Made by a program: the position numbers and the translations under genes
Source of the DNA: Candidatus Poribacteria bacterium
GTDB taxonomy: Bacteria > Poribacteria > WGA-4E > PCPOR2b
DNA length: 64,000 nucleotides
Assembly (NCBI GenBank): GCA_965218095.1
Contig: OZ244587.1
Coordinates: 3,360,001-3,424,000, forward strand
Direction: 5' to 3'
The notes under the pieces: generated by a model
The model's input: only the letters and a program-made list of their open reading frames with translations
Databases searched by the model: none
Told to the model about the DNA's origin: nothing
Part shown: one piece after another, positions 1 through 9,585 of the stretch
Layout of the letters: each line of letters starts with the position of its first letter
Position numbering within the stretch: the stretch's first letter is position 1

Positions 1-23
1 CTTGACAATAGAGTTATGGAATA

Positions 24-227
24 ATGCAATTTATCGGGGTTCGCAGACTTGTAGGTAATAGTCAGAAGGAGATTGCCAATAAGTATCGCGATCTGCTCAT
101 TGAACTTTACGGTGAGGAACAGGGGCGCAAAATCCAGTATGCCGAAGCGTTTGAAGCGTGTGGTTACGGGGTGCCGTTGATGGAAGAAAACAAACGGGTG
201 ATTTTCCCATTTTTCCCAGAGTTATAA
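24..227 (+). pseudogene. C-terminal fragment resembling PIG-L/LmbE family deacetylase
   Basis: Ends in YAEAFEACGYG...IFPFF, like PIG-L family C-termini. The frame is closed by stops at 3-5 and 9-11, so only a fragment is present. Confidence 0.4.
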
Positions 228-237
228 GGAGTGAAGC

Positions 238-504
238 ATGCCAACGGAAGAAGCTAGTGCCCGAACGCTGATGATGGTTGTCGGTGTCATCGGAATTATT
301 TTTACAATTGTGATGGTCATCCTTTTCTTCAACGCAGCCCCCGCCCGCTCTGACATTCCAGAGCACCGGACTTACACGAATCCCGATGCCTGTCTGAAGT
401 GCCATTTTCGTGGGACCGAGCAATCTCCAACCATGCCGCATCTCAAGGTGGGTGCCTGCAATCTCTGCCATCGGTTAGGCAAAGATAAAAAGCGTAAAAT
501 ATAA
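238..504 (+). CDS. Small membrane-anchored diheme c-type cytochrome
   Basis: N-terminal TM helix; two CxxCH motifs (CLKCH, CNLCH); RBS AAGGAG upstream. Confidence 0.8.
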   Translation: MPTEEASARTLMMVVGVIGIIFTIVMVILFFNAAPARSDIPEHRTYTNPDACLKCHFRGTEQSPTMPHLKVGACNLCHRLGKDKKRKI

Positions 505-543
505 AAAATCTGAAAACTCCGCAGAACGAGACTCTGTTGATTT

Positions 544-1068
544 CTATCGTCCGACCTCCCACGCCAGATGCTGCAATTCTGGTCCAATCAGTTTTTCCCA
601 CGCCAACTGCACCGCAGCCGTTGATCCGGGCGTAGAGATCACCACCTTCCCGCGATATACGCCGGCGGTGGCGCGGGATAACATCGCTGCTGCACCTACC
701 TGATCATAGCTAAACATGCGAAAGAGTTCGCCAAAGCCCGGCAGGGTCTTCTCCAGTGCACGGTTCAACACGTCAAAGGTCGTATCGCGTGGGGCGATAC
801 CGGTGCCGCCGTTAAAGATAATTACGCGAGCGTCGCCTGCTGCGAGTTCGTCCAGCACAACGCTCACCTGATCCGGTTCGTCTTTGATGATGCGATACGC
901 CACGACTTTATGGCTGTCTGCCGCCAATTGTTCGCGGAGGTAAGCTGCATTCTTATCTGTTTCCGGTGTGCGCGTGTCGCTAACGGTGACAATTGCTACA
1001 GGCACAGGTCCACCTTCCGTAGCCATCTCTCTGTGCTGCTCGGTGCTTGTCGAAGTTTTTTCCGCCAT
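544..1068 (-). CDS. moaB: Molybdenum cofactor biosynthesis protein MoaB/Mog
   Basis: [31 protein letters not shown] and PGS motifs. Confidence 0.9.
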   Translation of the reverse strand: MAEKTSTSTEQHREMATEGGPVPVAIVTVSDTRTPETDKNAAYLREQLAADSHKVVAYRIIKDEPDQVSVVLDELAAGDARVIIFNGGTGIAPRDTTFDVLNRALEKTLPGFGELFRMFSYDQVGAAAMLSRATAGVYRGKVVISTPGSTAAVQLAWEKLIGPELQHLAWEVGR

Positions 1069-1212
1069 ATTTTTCCTCCTCTATAATCAAAAGCCATTAA
1101 TTCTACAATGTCACATTAAACGTTAGATTCAGTTGTAGCCCAACTTTCTAAGTTGGCAGAGATCGTGCGGAACCAAGATAGAATCTTGGTCTACAGAGGC
1201 AGTGTTGTCGCG

Positions 1213-2190
1213 TTAGCCAAGTGCTGCCGTGATGAGGCGGTACAGCTTCGGAACGGTGCGATCAAAATCCCCCGAGATATGATAGCTCTCGCCGCCATCT
1301 TTCACGGTACGCACGAGGATCGTTTTCTTGGGACGATGGTAGTAGTGGGCGTCCGTCGGACTCCCTTCGTCACGAAAATGGGGAAAGTCGATCAGATCAA
1401 AGTTCGCTGTCGTGAAATGCCGAATCTCCTCACCGCGTTGTGCGGCGATGTTTCGCGCCATTGACAGGCTCTTGAGATAGACCTCCGGCCCCATCACCGC
1501 CGACCCTAAGTTCAGAAACACGCCCCCCTCTAATTTGGAGATGCTGTGGGCGAAGCGCAGGAAATCCTCGCCGGTCGTGTAACCCATCGCCGCATAATCC
1601 GCGGCGGGGTGCTGATCGATGATGTCGTAGCCGATGCCTTTATGAACGGTCATTGGAACACCCAAACGATACCCCGCCGCAAACATGCTGATCTTCCGGT
1701 GTAGAAATCTGATGCTACACTCCCCTTCTTGAATTAACCTGCCAATTGCTTCGCCGAAGCCGATCTTGTCGTAATAGCCGCGAATGATTGCTTCGTTGAT
1801 GTAATGCCCGGTCTCCTCCCAATTGCCGAACTTCCCATCCCGGATATACCGCTCCACATCCTCCAGTGTTGCGCCGATCAGGGCGAGTTCAAAATCGTGG
1901 ATGGCGCCCGCGCCGTTTGTCGCCAAGTGGGTGAGGACGCAGCGTTCCATCAGATCAATGATATAGCGCGAATTCCCCCGCCGTAGGACGTGCGCCCCCA
2001 TCAGCCAGATGACCTGCTTCCCTTCCCGATGGGCCTGGACTATCCGATCCGCCACTATCTGCAGATCTCTGTTCTGATATGGTGGCGTCTCCGCATCCAG
2101 CGGATAGATATCCGCGACGGTCATTTTATGCTCACGTTGGGCTAATGGTAGAATCTTTAACTGTGTTCGATCTAATTTTGGATAAGCCAC
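1213..2190 (-). CDS. Deoxyhypusine synthase-like (DHS-like) protein
   Basis: MGAHV, ATNGAGAIHDFE and LNLGSAVMGPEVYLK motifs. Confidence 0.65.
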   Translation of the reverse strand: MAYPKLDRTQLKILPLAQREHKMTVADIYPLDAETPPYQNRDLQIVADRIVQAHREGKQVIWLMGAHVLRRGNSRYIIDLMERCVLTHLATNGAGAIHDFELALIGATLEDVERYIRDGKFGNWEETGHYINEAIIRGYYDKIGFGEAIGRLIQEGECSIRFLHRKISMFAAGYRLGVPMTVHKGIGYDIIDQHPAADYAAMGYTTGEDFLRFAHSISKLEGGVFLNLGSAVMGPEVYLKSLSMARNIAAQRGEEIRHFTTANFDLIDFPHFRDEGSPTDAHYYHRPKKTILVRTVKDGGESYHISGDFDRTVPKLYRLITAALG

Positions 2191-2296
2191 AACTCATAAG
2201 TCTCCCTGATTTGATGTTTTCTGATTATACCAGAGAGCATGAAACGCTGCAACCGTGAAATGGCTAGTGCAGCGTGGCGGAAGTCCTTTACCAGTT

Positions 2297-2324
2297 CCGA
2301 GTTTTTGCCAAAAACTCGGTTTCT
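2297..2324. repeat. REP-like palindrome (AGAAACCGAGTTTT...AAAACTCGGTTTCT family)
   Basis: CCGAGTTTTTGCCAAAAACTCGG hairpin; same family at 58152, 62175 and 62816. Confidence 0.75.
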
Positions 2325-2479
2325 CCTCACTGACCAACCGGTTAATGATTTCTGCCGACGTGTACTAGGTTTATGCTCCAGCCTTTGGAAGGTTGAGCGA
2401 CGGATTACCTGGGCGGCGATTTGACGAATCTTATTTCCCCAAAAGAAAAAACCCTCCGAAGGTTTAATCTGCTCATTTA

Positions 2480-3442
2480 TTACGAAAACACAGAGTAAGG
2501 TAGCAGTTCGCCCTTCAGCCCGGCAAGCAGGTTTTCAGCCGCCATCGTTGCCATCCGCGTGCGGGTCTGGAAGGTTGAACTGCCAAGATGTGGGAAGATG
2601 AGAGCGTTATCAAGCGTCAGCAATGGATCGTCCGTCGGGAGGGGCTCCGGGTCTGTCACATCAAGCGCGGTGCCTGCGATTTCTCCGGTCTTCAATGCCT
2701 CGTACAGCGCCACCGGATCTACCACCGGTCCCCGCGCGATATTCACGAGAATCGCCGTGGACTTCATCTTTTGCAATTCTGCCTTGCCAATCAGATGATG
2801 GGTTTCCGGCGTCATCGGGACATGCAGGGTCACAAAGTCGGATTCTTCAAGCAAGCGATCAAAGGTGGCATATTCAACCCCCAACTCCGCCTCCCAGTCT
2901 TCGCGGCGATTTCGCTTGTAATACAAGACCCGCATATCAAATCCCAACGCCCTTTTGGCGACCTCATAACCGATTCGGCCCATACCGATAATGCCGATTG
3001 TTGCGTGATGCACGTCGTATCCATGGAAGCTGTTTGGATCATAGTATGTCCACTGCTTCGCTTGAACGTAGTTACTGGCAGGGATGAGGTGTCGCGCTGC
3101 CGCAAGGAGTTGTGCGAAGGTTGTATCTGCGGTGGTTTCGCTCAACACGCCGGGCGTGTTTCCAACCTCGATGCCTCTCGCCTTTGCAGCGTTTGCGTCA
3201 ACGTGATTGTACCCAACGCCGACGACGGCAATTACCTTGAGATTTGGGGCGCTGGCGATCATCGCCGCTGTCACTGGCTCGTGACTGTAAGTGACCAGCC
3301 CATCAAGCCCCGACATCTTCTCCGCAATCGGGGGCAGAATCGCGCTCGTATACCACATATCGACTTCGCACTTGGCTTCAATCATTTCTAACGCTTTTTC
3401 TGGAATGGGACGGGTAATAAAGACTTTCGGCTTCAATGGCAA
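2480..3442 (-). CDS. D-isomer-specific 2-hydroxyacid dehydrogenase (glyoxylate reductase-like)
   Basis: GIIGMGRIG Rossmann motif; NIARG, LDVTDPEP and PHLGS motifs. Confidence 0.92.
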   Translation of the reverse strand: MPLKPKVFITRPIPEKALEMIEAKCEVDMWYTSAILPPIAEKMSGLDGLVTYSHEPVTAAMIASAPNLKVIAVVGVGYNHVDANAAKARGIEVGNTPGVLSETTADTTFAQLLAAARHLIPASNYVQAKQWTYYDPNSFHGYDVHHATIGIIGMGRIGYEVAKRALGFDMRVLYYKRNRREDWEAELGVEYATFDRLLEESDFVTLHVPMTPETHHLIGKAELQKMKSTAILVNIARGPVVDPVALYEALKTGEIAGTALDVTDPEPLPTDDPLLTLDNALIFPHLGSSTFQTRTRMATMAAENLLAGLKGELLPYSVFS

Positions 3443-3490
3443 TACCTCCTAATGCGTGATGCGCAATGCGTAAAACCTAGCTGTAAGGGA

Positions 3491-3518
3491 TTGACAATAC
3501 AAAGGAAGCAGTTATAAT
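3491..3518 (+). promoter_or_regulatory. sigma70-type promoter
   Basis: TTGACA (3491-3496), 16 nt spacer, TATAAT (3513-3518). Confidence 0.65.
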
Positions 3519-3655
3519 ACCGTTTCTGAATAAAAATGCAGCATTAGAGTGGAAGGAAGGGAAGAACGGAAGGAAAGGAAGGCGGGTTTTCTTCCCTTCT
3601 TCCCTTCTCTCCATTCCTTCCAGAGGTTATGCTTGATTATCAATCGGCAATGGTA
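3518..3655. mobile_element. MITE (TACC...GGTA family), copy 1
   Basis: Imperfect terminal inverted repeats TACCGTTTCTGAAT / ATCGGCAATGGTA; TAA on both flanks; internal purine-rich and pyrimidine-rich arms. Confidence 0.7.
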
Positions 3656-3816
3656 TAATATAGGCAACCCTCGCCCACTATTCATTTGAGGATATTATAA
3701 TGCATGAGGGGGCGTATTCTCAAGAGGTTTCTGTCTTCGACTTCACTCAAGGGAGGGTGGGATACTTACTGCACACCCTACCCGCTGACGAATAGTCAGT
3801 CCAAGAGAGAATCACA

Positions 3817-4203
3817 TTGAGTCAAAAAGTCAACCGACAGAACACCCCACCCCAACCCCCACAACCACAGATCCGTTGGCGTGTAATCTGGTTGGGTCTG
3901 GGACTCATCCTTTTCAACAACTACTGACTTTTCAACAACTACTGAGTTTTCGCGATGTTGCGTTGGGAAGAAGGCCTCCCAACGACTATGTCGCTCTTCT
4001 TCAACGTGATTTTCATCTTGACGGTTTGGCTTGAGAGCGTTTCATCGTGGCCAGAAGTTTCGCAACACTTCAGCGCGGACAGCGTTGATGTTGCCTTCCT
4101 CACACCAGTCTGACCGCTGTGCAATCAATCCATCGGGTTGATCCAACGCGCAATCGAGGCGGTCGAAATCTCAACCGTGAAGAATCGTGTGGAAGCATGT
4201 TAG
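3817..4203 (+). pseudogene. Chimeric relic: membrane-protein N-terminus fused in frame to a fragment of glycine/sarcosine/betaine/proline reductase selenoprotein B
   Basis: Frame +1 reads IRWRVIWLGLGLILFNNY*...SLFFNVIFIL and then DSVDVAFLTPV*PLCNQSIGLIQRAIE. An 18-bp tandem duplication lies at 3910-3945. Confidence 0.55.
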
Positions 4204-4367
4204 GAGAGGGAAAACAAGGAATTCATCATTAGTTCATCAGTTCAGGAGTAACATTTTACGTTTACGAACCACGCATCGCAGCCTGTTGCTGCTTGATTTC
4301 TCTGGCTCGCGGGTCTCCGCTCGTCGTCGTCGCTTTTTCTTGCGCTTTATATGGGGATGGGTTATAA

Positions 4368-4577
4368 TACCAATTCTGATAAAGAGTCAAGTATTGTTGA
4401 AACGAGGGAGCAGGCGAGCCGGCAAGCAGAAGAAGAAAGTGAGCAGGTGTGAAAGTGGGCAAAAGCAGAAGAAGCAACTTCCTGTCTTTGTTTTTTCTCA
4501 CTTTCTCCTCCTCTCACTTTCTCATTGTCTCTGCGCTTTCTGTCCGAATCATGCGACAAAATTATTCAGAAACGGTA
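4368..4577. mobile_element. MITE (TACC...GGTA family), copy 2
   Basis: TACCAATTCTGATAA ... TTATTCAGAAACGGTA flanked by TAA. Its right end is the exact reverse complement of the left end of copy 1. Confidence 0.72.
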
Positions 4578-4616
4578 TAATGTACCGAATTTCCATACAG
4601 TTTGTGGTCAGGTCAA

Positions 4617-5270
4617 ATGTCCTCGAATGCTGCGTCTATTCTGAACCATGAATATATCTCCGAAGCCACGATTAATCGACTTTCTCTGTACTCCCGGCTT
4701 TTAGGGACGCTTGAACTCGAAGGGGTCACTGTTGTCTCTTCAAAGGATTTATCAGGACACACCGATTTCACAGCGACTCAAATCCGAAGGGACTTAGCCT
4801 GTTTTGGGCAATTCGGGAAGCGGGGGATTGGTTATGAGGTTGCTGCGCTCAAGCGAGCCGTTGACAAAATTCTCGGCGTCCATGTTCCCCGGAAGGTTGC
4901 ACTCATTGGCGTTGGCAACTTGGGCAGTGCCTTATTGGGGTATCGCGTACTCCGGGAACACAATTTTGAGATTGTCGCGGCATTCGATAGTGATTCGGAA
5001 AAATGGGATCGAGTCATCAATAATGTCGTTGTCCGAAACATTGAGCAACTTCCCGAAACAGTACAATCCCAGCAGATTAAAATTGGCATTATCGCCGTGC
5101 CTCTCCATGCTGCTCAGAGCGCACTAGACTGCCTCGTCTCGGCAGGAGTCAAAGCGATTCTTAACTTTGCCCCGGCTCGTCTGACCGTTCCTCGTCATAT
5201 TAAACTGAGGAATGTCGATTTATCTATAGAGCTTGAGGGGCTTTCTTACTTTTTGCAGCATGAATCGTAA
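4617..5270 (+). CDS. rex: Redox-sensing transcriptional repressor Rex
   Basis: TINRLSLY, QIRRDLACFGQFGKRGIGY, GVGNLGSAL and ILNFAP motifs. Confidence 0.95.
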   Translation: MSSNAASILNHEYISEATINRLSLYSRLLGTLELEGVTVVSSKDLSGHTDFTATQIRRDLACFGQFGKRGIGYEVAALKRAVDKILGVHVPRKVALIGVGNLGSALLGYRVLREHNFEIVAAFDSDSEKWDRVINNVVVRNIEQLPETVQSQQIKIGIIAVPLHAAQSALDCLVSAGVKAILNFAPARLTVPRHIKLRNVDLSIELEGLSYFLQHES

Positions 5271-5344
5271 CAGAGATTGCATCTTGTATTTCGTATGCTT
5301 ACCTTATGGTCTCCTGAATGACTGAACCAGTGAGAGAAACGGAT

Positions 5345-6322
5345 ATGAGTCACTTTCCTATCTATCGACCTAGACGACTTCGCGCCAACGAAAACCTGCG
5401 GCGCCTTGTTCGAGAGACGCAGCTTTTCGTTGATGACTTAATCTACCCGATGTTTGTCGTTCACGGGGTTGATGTCGCACATGAAATTCCATCAATGCCG
5501 GGGTGCTACCAATATTCGGTCGATCGGCTTGTCAGAGAGGCGAAAGCGCTCGCCTCCCTTCGCATTCCGGGGACAATCCTATTCGGTATCCCGCAAGCCA
5601 AAGACCCGGTCGGCTCAGAAGCTTATGATGACGACGGCATCATTCAGCAGGCTGTGCGAGCAATCAAGGATGCCGTCCCCGAATTCCTCGTGATGACTGA
5701 TGTTTGTCTCTGCGAATATACAGACCATGGGCATTGCGGTGTCATTCATGAGGGGGAGGTGCTGAACGACCCGACGTTGGAGTTGTTGGTCAAAGAAAGC
5801 TTGTCGCATGCCTGCGCCGGCGCAGACGTCATCGCTCCGTCCGACATGATGGATGGACGGGTCGGCGCTATCCGAAAGGCGTTGGACGAAAACGGATACG
5901 ATCAAACCCCCATCATGGCGTATTCCGCAAAATATGCGTCCGCGTTTTACGGTCCCTTCCGGGAGGCGGCAGAATCCGCCCCGCAGTTTGGCGATAGACG
6001 CGCGTATCAGATGGACCCACCGAATGTGGAGGAAGCGTTGCGGGAGGTTGCTCTAGACATTGAGGAAGGCGCGGATATTCTCATGGTCAAGCCTGCGCTG
6101 TCCTATCTTGACGTAGTCTGTCGGGTGAAAGCGCGTTTTCAGGTGCCTATCGCTGCGTATAACGTGAGCGGGGAGTACGCGATGATCAAAGCCGCTGGAC
6201 AAAACGGTTGGATTGACGAAAAGCGGGTTGCACTTGAGGCGCTGACTAGCATCAAGCGTGCGGGGGCGGATATAATCTTGACCTATTTTGCGAAATCGGT
6301 TGTCGAGTGGCTTGAAGAATGA
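5345..6322 (+). CDS. hemB: Porphobilinogen synthase
   Basis: [27 protein letters not shown] and AYNVSGEY motifs. Confidence 0.97.
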   Translation: MSHFPIYRPRRLRANENLRRLVRETQLFVDDLIYPMFVVHGVDVAHEIPSMPGCYQYSVDRLVREAKALASLRIPGTILFGIPQAKDPVGSEAYDDDGIIQQAVRAIKDAVPEFLVMTDVCLCEYTDHGHCGVIHEGEVLNDPTLELLVKESLSHACAGADVIAPSDMMDGRVGAIRKALDENGYDQTPIMAYSAKYASAFYGPFREAAESAPQFGDRRAYQMDPPNVEEALREVALDIEEGADILMVKPALSYLDVVCRVKARFQVPIAAYNVSGEYAMIKAAGQNGWIDEKRVALEALTSIKRAGADIILTYFAKSVVEWLEE

Positions 6323-6325
6323 CAA

Positions 6326-6445
6326 ATGACTCAAGATGAAATGGTCAACCAAAACCTAGACCTCCTTTCGGATTTTATAAACGATACCTTTGAACAGCCT
6401 GATATCCTGGAGGGCAGCCCACTAGACGCGACGCTCAGACAATGA
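6326..6445 (+). pseudogene. Short remnant, possibly DUF5647-like
   Basis: 39-codon ORF MTQDEMVNQNLDLLSDFINDTFEQPDILE. The resemblance is recalled, not verified. Confidence 0.25.
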
Positions 6446-6539
6446 CGAGCTCCCGTTGGTACTCGGTACCAGAGCTGACACTGAGGATTAGGTTTTCAGA
6501 GTCCAAGATATGTACACCTGATTTTGAGGAGATTATTCG

Positions 6540-7046
6540 ATGTCAAACGAAGTCAGAGAAGAAAGGGAATCGGTTGAAGGCATGTCGATTCCAGCCTACT
6601 TTGATCGGTATGTGACCAGTGAATTCCGTGCGTTGGAGAAGCAAATTGACGCATTTAAGGAAGATTTCAATCACCGGTTTGAATCCGTGAATCAACGCTT
6701 TGAGGCAACAGACCGACACTTTGAGAAGATAGATCGTCGTTTTGAAGTTGTAGAATAGCGGCTGGACGCGATAGAACAGCATCTAACCAAATTGCAAGAA
6801 GAGATGAACCTCCGATTTGAAATGGTTGATCAGCGATTTGAAGCTATCGAGCGGCGGTTCATTGATCTGGAAAAAAACTGGGATGCACGTTACAATAACC
6901 TTCAGCACAATATGGATTTAAGATTTGCTGACATGAATCAACGGCTGGATCGGCTGGAAGGAACTTTGAAGAGGGGCTTTGGATTATTCGCTCCTGTCAT
7001 TATAGGAATTTTGGCAATCCTCGTTAAACAGTTTTTGGGGGCATAA
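6540..7046 (+). pseudogene. Coiled-coil repeat protein with C-terminal TM anchor, interrupted by one in-frame TAG
   Basis: ORFs 6540-6758 and 6792-7046 share a frame. Heptad RFEx repeats continue across the TAG at 6756-6758. RBS GAGGAG upstream. Confidence 0.7.
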
Positions 7047-7170
7047 CAGATTAGCAGCTAATACGATTGAGTTACAACGGAAAACACAGCGTCTCGCAGT
7101 CCTGTTGTGGGATGGCTCACAGACAGTTGATAAAAAATGAAGTATCTTTCAAGTCAAGAGGTGAGACACC

Positions 7171-8454
7171 TTGAACAACGCCAAATCCTTAGCAGCATGG
7201 CAAAAATCACAGCAATTTATTCCCGGTGGCGTTAATAGCCCAGTAAGAAACTTTAATAAGGTTGGCGGTAGCCCCCTTTTTATCCGGCGTGGCAAGGGAT
7301 CGAGGGTCTATGACATTGATGGCAATGAATATATTGATTATTTGGCATCATGGGGCCCGTTAATTTTAGGGCATGCACCTCCAAGCATTATTGAGGCAAT
7401 TCGAGGTGCAGCCGAGAACGGCACTAGTTTCGGGGCGGCAACGGCGTTAGAAACTGAACTTGCCGAACTAATTGTCAACGCCTGCCAGTCGATCGAGATT
7501 GTTCGATTGGTCAACTCTGGCACGGAAGCCACGATGAGCGCAATCCGTGTGGCGCGCGGGTACACCGGGCGTGATAAGGTCATCAAAATGGCGGGCTGCT
7601 ATCACGGGCACGCTGACTCACTTCTCGCCGAAGCGGGGTCCGGGGTTGCAACCTTCAGCGTTCCTGAGTGTATTGGCATTCCAGCCGATTTTACACGGCA
7701 CACCCTTGTTGTACCGTTCAATGATACTGATGCCGTGCGGCGTGTGATTGAAGCCAATCCTGACCAGATCGCATGTCTGATTCTTGAACCGATTGCGGGC
7801 AATATGGGAGTAATTCCGCCGCGTGATGGCTACCTCCAAGAATTGCGCGAGATTACCGCCGAACACGGCATTCTTCTCATTTTCGATGAAGTAATTACCG
7901 GATTTCGCGTGGCGTATGGCGGGGCACAGTCCCTCTATGGAGTTACACCCGATATGACCTGCCTTGGCAAGATCATTGGTGGAGGGATGCCAGTCGGTGC
8001 GTACGGAGGAAAAAAAGAGATTATGGAAAGCGTCGCTCCACTCGGCGACGTCTACCAAGCAGGGACGCTATCGGGCAATCCCCTTGCGGTGTCTGCTGGA
8101 ATCGCAATGCTGGAAACACTTTCCGAACCTGATGTCTATGATCGGCTTGAGGTTCGTGCTGCTGCCCTTGCAGAGGGACTCCAACAAGCTACCAAACGCC
8201 ACGGAATCAACGCTTGGCACAGCCGAGTCGGTTCAATGTTAATGTTCTATTTCACAAGTGAAACGGTCACCGATTACGAAGGCGTGCAGACCGCGGACAC
8301 CGAACGCTACGCGCCTTATTTCTGGGGCTTGCTTGAGAAAGGGGTTTATGTCGCCCCATCTCAGTTCGAGACCGGCTTTGTTTCACTAGCGCACTCTGAG
8401 GCAGATATAGACCAGACAATCGAGGCAGCCGATGAAGTGCTATCAAGACTTTAA
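7171..8454 (+). CDS. hemL: Glutamate-1-semialdehyde 2,1-aminomutase
   Basis: PGGVNSPVR, NSGTEATM, FDEVITGFR, GKIIGGG and YQAGTLSGNP motifs. Confidence 0.97.
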   Translation: MNNAKSLAAWQKSQQFIPGGVNSPVRNFNKVGGSPLFIRRGKGSRVYDIDGNEYIDYLASWGPLILGHAPPSIIEAIRGAAENGTSFGAATALETELAELIVNACQSIEIVRLVNSGTEATMSAIRVARGYTGRDKVIKMAGCYHGHADSLLAEAGSGVATFSVPECIGIPADFTRHTLVVPFNDTDAVRRVIEANPDQIACLILEPIAGNMGVIPPRDGYLQELREITAEHGILLIFDEVITGFRVAYGGAQSLYGVTPDMTCLGKIIGGGMPVGAYGGKKEIMESVAPLGDVYQAGTLSGNPLAVSAGIAMLETLSEPDVYDRLEVRAAALAEGLQQATKRHGINAWHSRVGSMLMFYFTSETVTDYEGVQTADTERYAPYFWGLLEKGVYVAPSQFETGFVSLAHSEADIDQTIEAADEVLSRL

Positions 8455-8517
8455 TGTAGGAAAGGGAGAATAAACGGAGAAACAAGAAGGAGGACAACGT
8501 TTCACGTTTCACATCCG

Positions 8518-9510
8518 ATGTCAACACAAAGCCTTAACGAAATTTGCCATCTTATTACAGATGATCTGCAAGCTGTCGAAAAAAAACTCAGTGAGAAAAC
8601 CACGAGTCATTACGATTTCGTTGATCTTGCTGTCCAGCATGTGGTCGAGGGGGGTGGGAAGCGGCTGCGCCCAATCCTACTGTTGCTCTCCGCGAAAGCG
8701 TGCGGATATCAAGGCGAGGATGCCCATACGCTTGCAGCAACTGTCGAACTGATCCATGTTGCATCACTCGTTCACGATGATGTCCTTGATGAAGCTCCTA
8801 TCCGGCGAGGACGTGAAACGTTGCACTCTAAATGGGGCAACAAAGTGGCGGTGCTCGTTGGGGATTATCTCCATGCCCGCGTTCTCTCGGTGCTTGTCGC
8901 CCGGCGTGCCGATGACCCCGCGATGGCACTTCTCTCCGACGCGACGCATGCGATGTGTGAAGGGGAAGTCATCCATGCCTATAAAAATGGGGATTTCAAT
9001 ATTTCGCAGGATGACTATCTAAAAATCATTGAACTAAAAACAGGAAAACTTATCACCGCCTCATGTGCGATGGGAGCGATACTTGGAATTGGAACGCAAG
9101 ATACGCAAATCGTCCAAGCCTTAACGGAATATGGAGAAGCGGTCGGCGCAGCATTTCAGATTATCGATGACCTCCTCGACCTCGTGGCGGATGGAGAAAA
9201 GTTGGGGAAGCAACCGTTCAGCGATTTGCGTGATGGGAAACTGACGTTTCCGATGATCTATACACGCGAAATCTGCACAACCGAAGAAAGAACAGAACTC
9301 GAACGGGTTTTTAGCTTAGAAATGGACGAGACTGGGGCAATCGAATGGATTGAAACTTTACTTGAACGCTATCAGATCCAGACACACTGCCGTGGGGTTG
9401 CTCAAGAATATGCGGACCGTGCGAAATCTGGTTTGAACGTGTTGCCCAAAACGCCTGCAAGAGATGCCCTTGTACAGCTTACGGACTACGGCGTATCGAG
9501 GGATTGGTGA
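8518..9510 (+). CDS. Long-chain polyprenyl diphosphate synthase
   Basis: GGKRLRP, HDDVLD (first DDxxD) and FQIIDDLLD (second DDxxD). Confidence 0.93.
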   Translation: MSTQSLNEICHLITDDLQAVEKKLSEKTTSHYDFVDLAVQHVVEGGGKRLRPILLLLSAKACGYQGEDAHTLAATVELIHVASLVHDDVLDEAPIRRGRETLHSKWGNKVAVLVGDYLHARVLSVLVARRADDPAMALLSDATHAMCEGEVIHAYKNGDFNISQDDYLKIIELKTGKLITASCAMGAILGIGTQDTQIVQALTEYGEAVGAAFQIIDDLLDLVADGEKLGKQPFSDLRDGKLTFPMIYTREICTTEERTELERVFSLEMDETGAIEWIETLLERYQIQTHCRGVAQEYADRAKSGLNVLPKTPARDALVQLTDYGVSRDW

Positions 9511-9585
9511 CGAATAAAGCACGAGGTTTAGCAAGCTGGTCCGTCAGGACCTCAACACTTATCAATCCAGTTTTACGTTTTGACT

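Noticed and set aside
3518-4577. One large IS bounded by the perfect 16-bp inverted repeat TACCGTTTCTGAATAA
   Set aside because: No transposase inside, and each end pairs locally with its own partner plus TAA flanks. Two separate MITEs explain it better.
4595-4620. Rex operator (TTGTG...) upstream of rex
   Set aside because: Only a half-site; the TTCACAA arm is missing.
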